A stretch of DNA of 59,029 bases from a virus (lineage: Duplodnaviria; Caudoviricetes). The translations under genes and the position numbers were made by a program. The first letter of the stretch is position 1, and every line of letters starts with the position of its first letter. Positions 9,984 through 18,446 of the stretch are shown piece by piece. The stretch lies in the IMG/VR virus record IMGVR_UViG_3300021963_000146, positions 1 to 59,029 of that record. One strand, given 5' to 3'. The notes under the pieces were generated by a model. The model saw nothing but the letters and a program-made list of their open reading frames with translations. It did not search any database and was not told the origin of the DNA.

Positions 9984-10030
9984 TCTCTCCGAGGCTCCCC
10001 TAGGTATTTATAAGTATTATAAGGATAATT

Positions 10031-10270
10031 ATGGTTAATGATGATAAACCACCATTCAGTAAAGCATTTGTAATGAAGACTACATTCCGTCATATGAGAC
10101 GTAGTGTTGATATTAGTATTCGTAAATCATTTGAAAGGTTTCAAGACTTTGATAAAGATAGCGAAGCAGGTAAAGAGATCATGGAAACATTGTCTGTTCT
10201 TCATACAGTACGAAAAGTACTAGATGATTTTCAAGAAAATAATAAACATCTATTCAGTGATAATAAGTAA
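10031..10270 (+). CDS. Hypothetical protein
   Basis: 79 aa with an AAGGA RBS, directly downstream of the class B promoter. Confidence 0.7.
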   Translation: MVNDDKPPFSKAFVMKTTFRHMRRSVDISIRKSFERFQDFDKDSEAGKEIMETLSVLHTVRKVLDDFQENNKHLFSDNK

Positions 10271-10281
10271 AAGGAAATATA

Positions 10282-10572
10282 ATGAAACATTTAGTTGGTA
10301 AAAAGATTAGTAAAAAAGTTGACTTCATGGGCGATAAAGTTGAGATTAAAAAGCTCACAGTAAATGAAGTTCTAAAAATCCAAGAGGCTACAAAGAACAC
10401 CTCTGAGGAAGACCAGATTAACACTCTTCGTGTGATTTTGCGTTCAGCAGTAGTTGGCGCAGATGAATTGTCAGACGAGGATATTGCAACATTCCCATTG
10501 GAAGAGTTGACATCGCTATCTGCTGAAATTGTTAAATATTCCGGTATGGTAGGTGCAACTGAGGGAAACTAA
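10282..10572 (+). CDS. Tail assembly chaperone (gpG-like)
   Basis: Position between the tube and tape measure genes; ends in the slippery sequence G GGA AAC TAA. Confidence 0.8.
   Translation: MKHLVGKKISKKVDFMGDKVEIKKLTVNEVLKIQEATKNTSEEDQINTLRVILRSAVVGADELSDEDIATFPLEELTSLSAEIVKYSGMVGATEGN
10563..10569 (+). other. Programmed -1 ribosomal frameshift site (GGGAAAC)
   Basis: X XXY YYZ heptamer in the correct phase. The -1 frame stays open from 10563 into ORF 10611..10883. Confidence 0.85.
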
Positions 10573-10883
10573 CGCCTGAAGAACTGACAGTCTATGAACT
10601 AGCATATCACTTGCATATGCCAGTTTATACAATCTTAGATGAAATGCCTTATGAGGAATTCATCGGATGGAATCAGTTCTTCGCTTCTAGACCTGTTGGT
10701 TGGAGAGAAGACTATCGTACTTCTTTGTTACTTAGTGCCCAAGGCGTTAAGAAGAGGGGATCAGAGATTTTTGAATCTTTACGAGCAATCGAAAAGACTA
10801 GTAAAGCTCGGATTACACCTGAATTCTTTAGCCTACTTAAAGGTGCTAAGGGAGCAGAGGAGTGGAACCCAACTATCGAATGA
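10563..10883 (+). CDS. gpT-like frameshift extension of the tail chaperone (gpGT)
   Basis: The -1 frame reads ..LTPEELTVYELAYHLHMPVYTILDEMPYEEFIGW.., a typical GT-type sequence. No clear RBS of its own. Confidence 0.75.
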   Translation, partial: GKLTPEELTVYELAYHLHMPVYTILDEMPYEEFIGWNQFFASRPVGWREDYRTSLLLSAQGVKKRGSEIFESLRAIEKTSKARITPEFFSLLKGAKGAEEWNPTIE

Positions 10884-10890
10884 GGTGACT

Positions 10891-11229
10891 ATGTCAATAA
10901 GCGTAAAAGTAAATTTTGATAAAGAAATTAAAAGAATCCAGAAGGAGGCCGCTACTATAGCAGAGGCATCAATTCAGGAACGAACAGAATTCACTACAGA
11001 AGCTTTAAGATCAGTTACACCAGTAGATACAGGTTACGCAGCTAGTAGGTGGAAATACAAGATGATCACGATTAATGGAGAGCTTGTTGGTAAAATAGAT
11101 AATGATGCGCCATACATTGGTATTTTGAATACAGGTTATTCGAAACAAGCGCCACCATTTTTCATTGAGCAAGTACTACTTACTATTGGTGAAGTTTCCG
11201 CACCAGTAAAATTTAGCGAGAATAAATAA
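10891..11229 (+). CDS. HK97 gp10-like tail/neck protein
   Basis: TPVDTG, NDAPYI..LN.G.S.QAP motifs. The start is re-called to ATG 10891 (GAGGTG RBS) instead of 10639. Confidence 0.7.
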   Translation: MSISVKVNFDKEIKRIQKEAATIAEASIQERTEFTTEALRSVTPVDTGYAASRWKYKMITINGELVGKIDNDAPYIGILNTGYSKQAPPFFIEQVLLTIGEVSAPVKFSENK

Positions 11230-11232
11230 TAT

Positions 11233-11280
11233 AGCCCTAAGATGGCCTCTAATAATGAGGATTCATTTTAGGGCTTTTTT
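11233..11280 (+). terminator. Long hairpin plus T-tract before the tape measure gene
   Basis: AGCCCTAAGATG pairs with CATTTTAGGGCT, with an inner CCTC/GAGG stem, followed by TTTTT. Confidence 0.65.
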
Positions 11281-11297
11281 ATTATGGAGAACAAAAT

Positions 11298-14200
11298 ATG
11301 TCAGTAGAAATTAAAGTCACGGCAGACACGAGAAAGGCATCTGAAGACATAGATAGACTACGGGGTCTACTAAAGAAGGTACAAGATGAAGCTACTAAGG
11401 GTAGCAAAAAGACAAAGATTATTGATGTTAATGAAGACCAATTAAAGATTCTTCAGTTAAATAAAACAATTCAAGATCTAAATGCTAAGTTGCAAAAGAT
11501 GCCTAAACATAAGGTATTTGATAGTCGTTCATTAAATGACGCTATCTCGCAGACTCAGCAAATTAACAATAATGTTAATAGAATAAATACCAGCGCAGTT
11601 AAGCTGGGTAACACGTTCAAATCTGTTTTTGCATTAGGTGCAGTAACTCTATTCGGTAATTCTATATTACGTACAGCACAAACATTTGAAGGTTTAAGAA
11701 CAAGACTTAATGTAGCCACAGGCTCATTAAACAAAGCTCAACGAGCATTCTCTGATATCCAAACATTTGCAGCGCAAACTAAGTTTAGTGTAGATGCACT
11801 CACTGATTCATATGCTCGATTAGCAAATACAGGTAGTGATTTACTTAGCACAAATGGTGATATCTTAAACGGTATTGAAGCTATTGCTAACGCTGTTACA
11901 GCTGTTGGTGGTGGTGATTACGAGATTCAACGAGTTGCTGAAGCATTCGCTAGGATGGCGGCTGAGGGTCGTGTAACTTATGAACGATTAGAGCCTCTTA
12001 CAACTGCAGGTATCAGCCTTCAAAAGGTTGCAGCAGCAGCTGGTAAGTCATGGAATCAGTGGTCTGATAAAATGGCTCAAGGTAATCTTACCTTTGAAGA
12101 AGTATACGCTGCATTCAATAAACTTGCAATGTCTACGCAAGGCTTTGGTGGAATAGCTCGTAAGCAAACAAATAGTTTGTCTGGTGCATTCTCTAACTTG
12201 GGTGATGCAATCAAAGGCTTCCAAGACTCAGTTATTAATAGCACTGGTATTAAAGATGTTATTATTGCAGTTACAAACTCAATAACTTCAAGTATTAATA
12301 CTCTAACTAGATTTGTTAGGAATGACCTTACTGTAGCGATTACACAATTTAAACGATTTGTATTAGAACTACAAATAGGATTCTTAAAGTCTAGAAATGT
12401 AATTCAAGATTTTGTTGCTACAGTAACTAAGTTTGATTTTACTAGTTGGATTCCTGACTTTTCTAAATATCGTTTAGATCTAGGTGACTATTTACCTGAT
12501 CTAGCAAAAGTTCAAAAGACAGTTTACAACTTCGGTAAGTTTGTAAAGAAAGTATTCTATGATGTATGGGATGCCGTTGTTGGTAACTCATATTGGCCTG
12601 ATACAATTAAAGGTATTGCTGATTGGTCAAATCAGTTGTATGCTTTAGCTGCCCCTGGTGTTAATCGCTTTAGTAATTATATGTCAGATGTGTTCCTCGA
12701 TATTCGAGATGCATTTGATATGTGGAAAGAAAAGATTAATATTGAAGTTCAAGTAATCAAGGATGTAGGTGCCCTGGCATATATCCAAAACTTCTTTAGC
12801 TCAATAGTTAAAACAATAAAGGATGTAGCTAGCTCAGGTATAGATTCTTTTGCTAATGCAATTGATAGAGCATTAGTAAAAATGGGCAATGCAATTAAAA
12901 GTTTTGCAGAATACGCTAAAACAGTAGATGCTACTATCTTCTTTGACATGATCGAAGTTATTAGTAGATTCATGAAGATGCTAGCGCCTAATTTAGGTGA
13001 GCTTACAGGGCTCTCAGCCAAACTACAAAAGGCATTCGCAAAATTTGATATTCCTAATTTTGAAATTAAATTAGGTAAATTTAGAATTGATGTATCTGAA
13101 ACAATACGTAAATTCTCTTTAGACTACATTAAAGAAAATTTTATTGAAATCATGGAGGATGCTGTTGCAGTATTCCGAAATGGTATTGCAGATACAAAAG
13201 TGTTTCAATCTATTTTCACTTCTATTGGTGAAACTTTCGGTAGGATTATAACTAGGGCTTTAACGGATGACTTAAAGACTACATTTGCTCAAGATATCCA
13301 AGATATTGTTATTGCAGCATTCTTAGTTGCATTTAATTCTGGCTTCAGACAAATTGCTCTTGCTACATTAGTATTCAAGATTGCTTTTGGTGATGATGCA
13401 AGCTTTACAGATGGTTTACTTAAACTTAAGAAAATCATAACTGACTTTGGTAACTCTATTTTACAAGGCTTAGGTCTTGAAGGTTTCGCACCGAGCTCTG
13501 GTGGTTTTATTGTAGGATTGTTATTTGGTACAGCCGCATTAGCAATTGCATCAGGTAAAATGACATCACTCATTGGTGTTGTTGCAAAAGAATTAATTAA
13601 TTTCTTTATTCTCTCCAAGATATTTGGTGGACCTCAGCAACAGCAAGCAGCTCCAGCAGCACAATCAGCTGGTGGATTCTTAGGCAAAGCATTTAAAGTT
13701 GGCTTTACTGCCTTTGCAGGTATTGCTGCATTATTTGTTGGTTTGCATATTGGTGATGCCATTGCAGAATCACTCGATGTAGAAAACACATTCTATCATC
13801 TTGGTATTACTGCTGGCGCTGTTTTCCTTTCTGGATGGGCTATTACTGCTGGTGCAGGTGTATTCGGTACATGGATATCTACTGTTGTTGGTCCTGCAAT
13901 TATTTTAGGACTTAAACGATTGGCTATTGCAGCTGTATTCTCAGCTTCAATGTTCCCAGCTGGTGCCGCTATTATTTCTGCTATTACTGGCATTGTTGCT
14001 ACTATAGCTGCATTCTTTACTTTACCTGTTCTATTAGGTGCATTAGGTATTGCTGCAGGTAGTTCATTAATCTATTACGCATTGTTTGGTGACAAAGATG
14101 CTAAAGGTATTGAGGGTAAAGTAACTAGATTCTCATTATGGTTGAAAGACTCAATCAAGAGCATGATTGTTGGAACATACGATCTATTTGTAGATATCTT

Positions 14201-17200
14201 TAAAGGTATTGGAAATATTCTTGTTTCAACATTTGACTCGCTACGTAATACTGTTAAAGACCTAAAGAACTTCCTATTTGAAGGTTCATTTAAACAACCA
14301 ACACAACAAGTTAATCCTCAACAGCGTAGGGCTAATGGTGGTAGAATTAGTGGTCCAGGTACAGGCAGATCAGACTCTATTTTGGCTAGACTATCTAATG
14401 GTGAGTTTGTTGTTAATGCTAAAGCAACAGCACAAAACTTACCTCTGTTAAGAAGTATTAACAGTGGCATGCCAGCATTCCAGAATGGTGGACTAGTAGA
14501 TTATTCTTTCATTCGACAAATGGAAAATGGTACTGATAGTACACCTAAGACAAAAGGATATATACCTACTAATAAGAAAGGTATGCCAATTGATTCTTCT
14601 GGTGTAACTATTGCCTCTGGATTAGACTTAGGTTCTAAAGATGTTGCATGGTTAAAAGACCTTGGATTACCAGATAATCTGATTGATAGATTCAAACCGT
14701 ACTTAGGTAAGAAAAGAGTTGCTGCTCAAATCGCATTAAAGAGAAAACCACTTTATATTACTAGTGCTGAGGCTGACTTAATTGATTCTAAAGTAATTCC
14801 TTTGTTTGCAAAGGGTGCTGCAAGAGAATATACAGGTCTTTCTGCTAGGGATAGCAAGATATCATTTGAGCAATTACCACAAGAGGTAAGAACTGCTCTT
14901 ACATCTGCAAGGTATCAGTATGGCTCCTTAACTGCAAGGGGCTGGCTAGCTGAAGCTACTCATTTAGCATCACTTGGTCATTATGATAAAGCTGCAGAGA
15001 AATTTGAAACCTCTGGTGATAAATATGCTTCACGTAGAAAAGCAGAAGCTAATCTAATTAAGACAGCAGCGATTAAGAGCAAGCCTCCTATTCTAGCGGC
15101 TGTACCAGAATCAAGAAGAAGTACATTAGACGATATTCTAGACTTGTTTAGATCTAGTGATTTGAATGTTGCACCTTCTGTAGCAGAAGCAAATGAAAAA
15201 GCGCTTGAAGATGCTATCAATCAAAACAATGATGATCCTAAAACTAAGAAACGTATTGCAAGAACACTAATAGGTAGATTGCTTGGATTGCCATCTTATG
15301 CTGATGGTACTGAAGATCCTATTAATTTTATTAAGACTCCTACAATTGAAGATGCTGGTTTAAATATCGGTAAATTCAATGGTGCATCCTTTATTAAGAA
15401 TGAAACATTCTCTAAACAATTAACAACCGATGAAAAGTTGTTGTTGGGTTCTAAAGAGATGCGTCGTGAATTAACACGACATCTAACAGAAAATATCAAA
15501 AATAATATTAGTACTTATTTCCCTACGGATAATGATTCTGTACTTACTACTTCTGATGCTGTAACTAAAGGTGCTTTAGAGGGTGTTAACCTTGATTTAT
15601 TTGGTGGTAAATTAAAAGGTCGTATTAAGAAAGACGGATTCAAAGTTTTATTTACTAAGCAATTTGCTAATGGTGGTAAAATTAGTGGTCCTGGAAATGG
15701 TCGTTCAGACTCAATTCTTGCTAGACTTTCAAATGGTGAATTTGTAGTTAATGCTAAAGCAACAGCTCAAAATTTACCTTTGTTACAAAGCATTAATAAG
15801 GGGATGCCTGGATTTGCTAATGGTACTCAAAGTCCAATTGGAAATGCAGTATCTCAGATTAATCCTGCACAATCTAGACAAAAGTTAAAAGTTAAGGGTA
15901 AAGAATTCAATATTGATCTTGAAGAGTTTTTTAATACTCTTCTTAAATTAAAAGTTGAAAATAAAGATCTTGCCGAAAATTCAGAAGAATTAGCAATTTC
16001 ATTTAAAAAGTCTTTAGACACAATTGATAATTGGACAATTAGACTTGCTCTTAATACTGTTAGTATAAAAGAACTATCTGAAAATATTAAACCACTTTCT
16101 GGTGATTTAGGTAAGTTAGCTACTGATGTTAAGACTGCAAGACTTCAAGGTAAGAATCAACAATTCAAAACAAATGGTGCTGGAGATATTGATCCGGAAA
16201 CATTTGCGAGAATTAAAAATCTTTTAGTGCAAGGTCTTGGTGCTGACCCAAGTAAAAATGCGTTGTTTGATCAAGAACTCAAACTCAATTTATTAAAGAA
16301 TCTTGATGTTCTTTCTACATTAAATAGTCTTCAAGCCCAAATAACAGCTGCATTAGCTTCTACTGAAAATACTACACCTGATGGTAAGAAATTTGTAGAT
16401 AACTTTATTGCTGGAGTTACCGACAGAATTCGTGAAAGACTTAATGAGATAGCTCCTAGTGAATCTGGAACAAGAAGCCCTCGTGGATTTATTCAACCAG
16501 CATCAGCAGAAGCAGGACGAAATGCATCCCAAGCTTTTGTTGGAGACTTTAAATCAGGATTAGCAGAAACATTAAAGGGAACAAAGACAGGGAAAGAATT
16601 TGGTGAATTTGTAGTAAATTCATTTACAAGCAAAGTTGTAGATTCTTTTGCTAGTCGTTTAACCGATACTGTGTTTAGTGGAGATTTCTTTGCTAAGATT
16701 TTTGGTGGCACTGCACAAATAGGTGAAGGCACAGGTGGACTATTAAACTTCCTGTTACCTAGTTCTGCACCAGCACAACAAGATTTAAATAAACCTGATA
16801 ATTTATTAGATGTACTCAGCGTTAAACCAAAAGCACCAATACCAGTTGTTGTTGTCCCAGGTACTGATAGTGTATTTAAATCAGTCTCAGGTGGTTCTAG
16901 TGGTGGTGGTTTGTTTGGCGGTCTTGGTGATACCTTTGGTAAAATAAAGGATGGCTTCGGAGATTTCTTTAGTAAGGGTTTCTCTGGTATTAGTTCTTTA
17001 TTTAGCTTCTTGCCTGGATTTGCTTCAGGTGGTGTAATCCCTGGTCAAATGGGAAGTGCAACTCCAGTACTTGCGCATGCAGGCGAAATCATTCTAAATG
17101 AATCTCAGCAATCTAGAGTAGCAGCTGCTATGAGTAATTCAAATCAACAAGTAGTTAATGTAAACATTACAGGTGATATTAGTCGCCAAACAAAATCGGA

Positions 17201-17270
17201 AATTTATAGAATGCTCCCATCTATTGCTGAGGGTGTAAACTCACACAATAGAGAGAAAGGTTTAAGGTAA
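11298..17270 (+). CDS. Tape measure protein with an internal pesticin-like muramidase domain
   Basis: 1990 aa with an N-terminal tape-measure domain (FARMAAEGRVTYERL), a hydrophobic mid-region, duplicated GG.ISGPG.GRSDSILARLSNGEFVVNA modules, and a GYIP...SGVTIASGLDLG motif. Confidence 0.88.
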   Translation: MSVEIKVTADTRKASEDIDRLRGLLKKVQDEATKGSKKTKIIDVNEDQLKILQLNKTIQDLNAKLQKMPKHKVFDSRSLNDAISQTQQINNNVNRINTSAVKLGNTFKSVFALGAVTLFGNSILRTAQTFEGLRTRLNVATGSLNKAQRAFSDIQTFAAQTKFSVDALTDSYARLANTGSDLLSTNGDILNGIEAIANAVTAVGGGDYEIQRVAEAFARMAAEGRVTYERLEPLTTAGISLQKVAAAAGKSWNQWSDKMAQGNLTFEEVYAAFNKLAMSTQGFGGIARKQTNSLSGAFSNLGDAIKGFQDSVINSTGIKDVIIAVTNSITSSINTLTRFVRNDLTVAITQFKRFVLELQIGFLKSRNVIQDFVATVTKFDFTSWIPDFSKYRLDLGDYLPDLAKVQKTVYNFGKFVKKVFYDVWDAVVGNSYWPDTIKGIADWSNQLYALAAPGVNRFSNYMSDVFLDIRDAFDMWKEKINIEVQVIKDVGALAYIQNFFSSIVKTIKDVASSGIDSFANAIDRALVKMGNAIKSFAEYAKTVDATIFFDMIEVISRFMKMLAPNLGELTGLSAKLQKAFAKFDIPNFEIKLGKFRIDVSETIRKFSLDYIKENFIEIMEDAVAVFRNGIADTKVFQSIFTSIGETFGRIITRALTDDLKTTFAQDIQDIVIAAFLVAFNSGFRQIALATLVFKIAFGDDASFTDGLLKLKKIITDFGNSILQGLGLEGFAPSSGGFIVGLLFGTAALAIASGKMTSLIGVVAKELINFFILSKIFGGPQQQQAAPAAQSAGGFLGKAFKVGFTAFAGIAALFVGLHIGDAIAESLDVENTFYHLGITAGAVFLSGWAITAGAGVFGTWISTVVGPAIILGLKRLAIAAVFSASMFPAGAAIISAITGIVATIAAFFTLPVLLGALGIAAGSSLIYYALFGDKDAKGIEGKVTRFSLWLKDSIKSMIVGTYDLFVDIFKGIGNILVSTFDSLRNTVKDLKNFLFEGSFKQPTQQVNPQQRRANGGRISGPGTGRSDSILARLSNGEFVVNAKATAQNLPLLRSINSGMPAFQNGGLVDYSFIRQMENGTDSTPKTKGYIPTNKKGMPIDSSGVTIASGLDLGSKDVAWLKDLGLPDNLIDRFKPYLGKKRVAAQIALKRKPLYITSAEADLIDSKVIPLFAKGAAREYTGLSARDSKISFEQLPQEVRTALTSARYQYGSLTARGWLAEATHLASLGHYDKAAEKFETSGDKYASRRKAEANLIKTAAIKSKPPILAAVPESRRSTLDDILDLFRSSDLNVAPSVAEANEKALEDAINQNNDDPKTKKRIARTLIGRLLGLPSYADGTEDPINFIKTPTIEDAGLNIGKFNGASFIKNETFSKQLTTDEKLLLGSKEMRRELTRHLTENIKNNISTYFPTDNDSVLTTSDAVTKGALEGVNLDLFGGKLKGRIKKDGFKVLFTKQFANGGKISGPGNGRSDSILARLSNGEFVVNAKATAQNLPLLQSINKGMPGFANGTQSPIGNAVSQINPAQSRQKLKVKGKEFNIDLEEFFNTLLKLKVENKDLAENSEELAISFKKSLDTIDNWTIRLALNTVSIKELSENIKPLSGDLGKLATDVKTARLQGKNQQFKTNGAGDIDPETFARIKNLLVQGLGADPSKNALFDQELKLNLLKNLDVLSTLNSLQAQITAALASTENTTPDGKKFVDNFIAGVTDRIRERLNEIAPSESGTRSPRGFIQPASAEAGRNASQAFVGDFKSGLAETLKGTKTGKEFGEFVVNSFTSKVVDSFASRLTDTVFSGDFFAKIFGGTAQIGEGTGGLLNFLLPSSAPAQQDLNKPDNLLDVLSVKPKAPIPVVVVPGTDSVFKSVSGGSSGGGLFGGLGDTFGKIKDGFGDFFSKGFSGISSLFSFLPGFASGGVIPGQMGSATPVLAHAGEIILNESQQSRVAAAMSNSNQQVVNVNITGDISRQTKSEIYRMLPSIAEGVNSHNREKGLR

Positions 17271-17274
17271 TAAT

Positions 17275-17874
17275 ATGTATGGTATCTATGAAAATGGAGA
17301 GGTGATTGCACAGTTTGCAGCACCGCTGACTATTCGGAGTAATCAACCAGTCTTCACTTCAGATACCTTATCACTAAAAAGATTTATTAGCCGCAGAAGT
17401 GCCCAGAGATGGGAGATAGATACTGGACTTGTTCCAAAGTCAAATTCTGCACAAGATCTAATGGTTAACTTAGTGACTAAGGGTTATTCTGAAGCAGTTA
17501 CAGTTATTGTTCCTCAAAACTATGGAGTTATAAAGTCTAGGACTGCAACAGGCACAGCAACAGCAACAGGTACTGCAGGTAGCAGTGTAGCCACTGTGTC
17601 TGGGCTTATTGGATTAATTCCAAAAGGCACATTTGTAAAGTTTTCAAATCACTCAAAGATTTATATGACAACTACAAATGTAACTTTTGTTACTGGTGTA
17701 AGTAATACAATTAATGTATTTCCTGCATTAGTGTCTTCTGCTTCAGGAACTATGACTTATAGTGATGATGTACAAATGCAATGTTTATATGATACGGATG
17801 TAGTATCAGGTATGGTATATTCTGATGGTATCCTTATGGATCCTGGTCAGGTTAGATTAGTGGAGAAATTATGA
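17275..17874 (+). CDS. Putative distal tail protein
   Basis: First gene after the tape measure; 199 aa, beta-rich. Confidence 0.55.
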   Translation: MYGIYENGEVIAQFAAPLTIRSNQPVFTSDTLSLKRFISRRSAQRWEIDTGLVPKSNSAQDLMVNLVTKGYSEAVTVIVPQNYGVIKSRTATGTATATGTAGSSVATVSGLIGLIPKGTFVKFSNHSKIYMTTTNVTFVTGVSNTINVFPALVSSASGTMTYSDDVQMQCLYDTDVVSGMVYSDGILMDPGQVRLVEKL

Positions 17875-18446
17875 TAGAATTTAGTTCAACTGTTGTTCAG
17901 ATACTTTCTAATCCAACTATTGAAGGTTTTTACTTAGTAGACCTTCAAAGTGGATTGTATCGGACTACCTCTTATTTTAGAGATATTACGCTTAGTAATG
18001 GAGTAACTTACCCTAATGATGGTAAGCTTCTTACTTTAGATCCACCACAACTTTCTAGTGTGGTTGATAGAGAAATTTATAAGATTAGTTTTGCAGATCC
18101 AGACTTTACAAATGGTCCTGCTGCAGATTACGGACTTGTAGGTAAGACAGTTGAAGTTAGGTTAGGCTTTGTTAATCCAACTACAAAGCTACCTGAGTTA
18201 GATGTTTCAAACACTATTCTTATTTATAGTGGAACAGTGGATGGGACAAGTTATAGCATTAGTACTGGAGAAATAGGTACTGCAGTTCTTAATGTAACTT
18301 GTTCTAGTCCTATGGGTGATCTAGACTTCCGTAGACCTCTTTACACAACTAAAGATTCTATGCGTAGTCGTGATCCTTCTGATACTTCATGTGATCAGAT
18401 CTATGAAGGTTCAGGGCAGTTACAGATTAAATGGGGGAAAGTATAA
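17871..18446 (+). CDS. Putative tail tip/hub protein
   Basis: Synteny; ends in IKWGK as many siphophage minor tail proteins do. Confidence 0.55.
   Translation: MIEFSSTVVQILSNPTIEGFYLVDLQSGLYRTTSYFRDITLSNGVTYPNDGKLLTLDPPQLSSVVDREIYKISFADPDFTNGPAADYGLVGKTVEVRLGFVNPTTKLPELDVSNTILIYSGTVDGTSYSISTGEIGTAVLNVTCSSPMGDLDFRRPLYTTKDSMRSRDPSDTSCDQIYEGSGQLQIKWGKV

Noticed and set aside
10639-10890. N-terminal 84 codons of ORF 10639..11229
   Set aside because: They overlap the gpT frame. The RBS and the recognisable domain start at ATG 10891.
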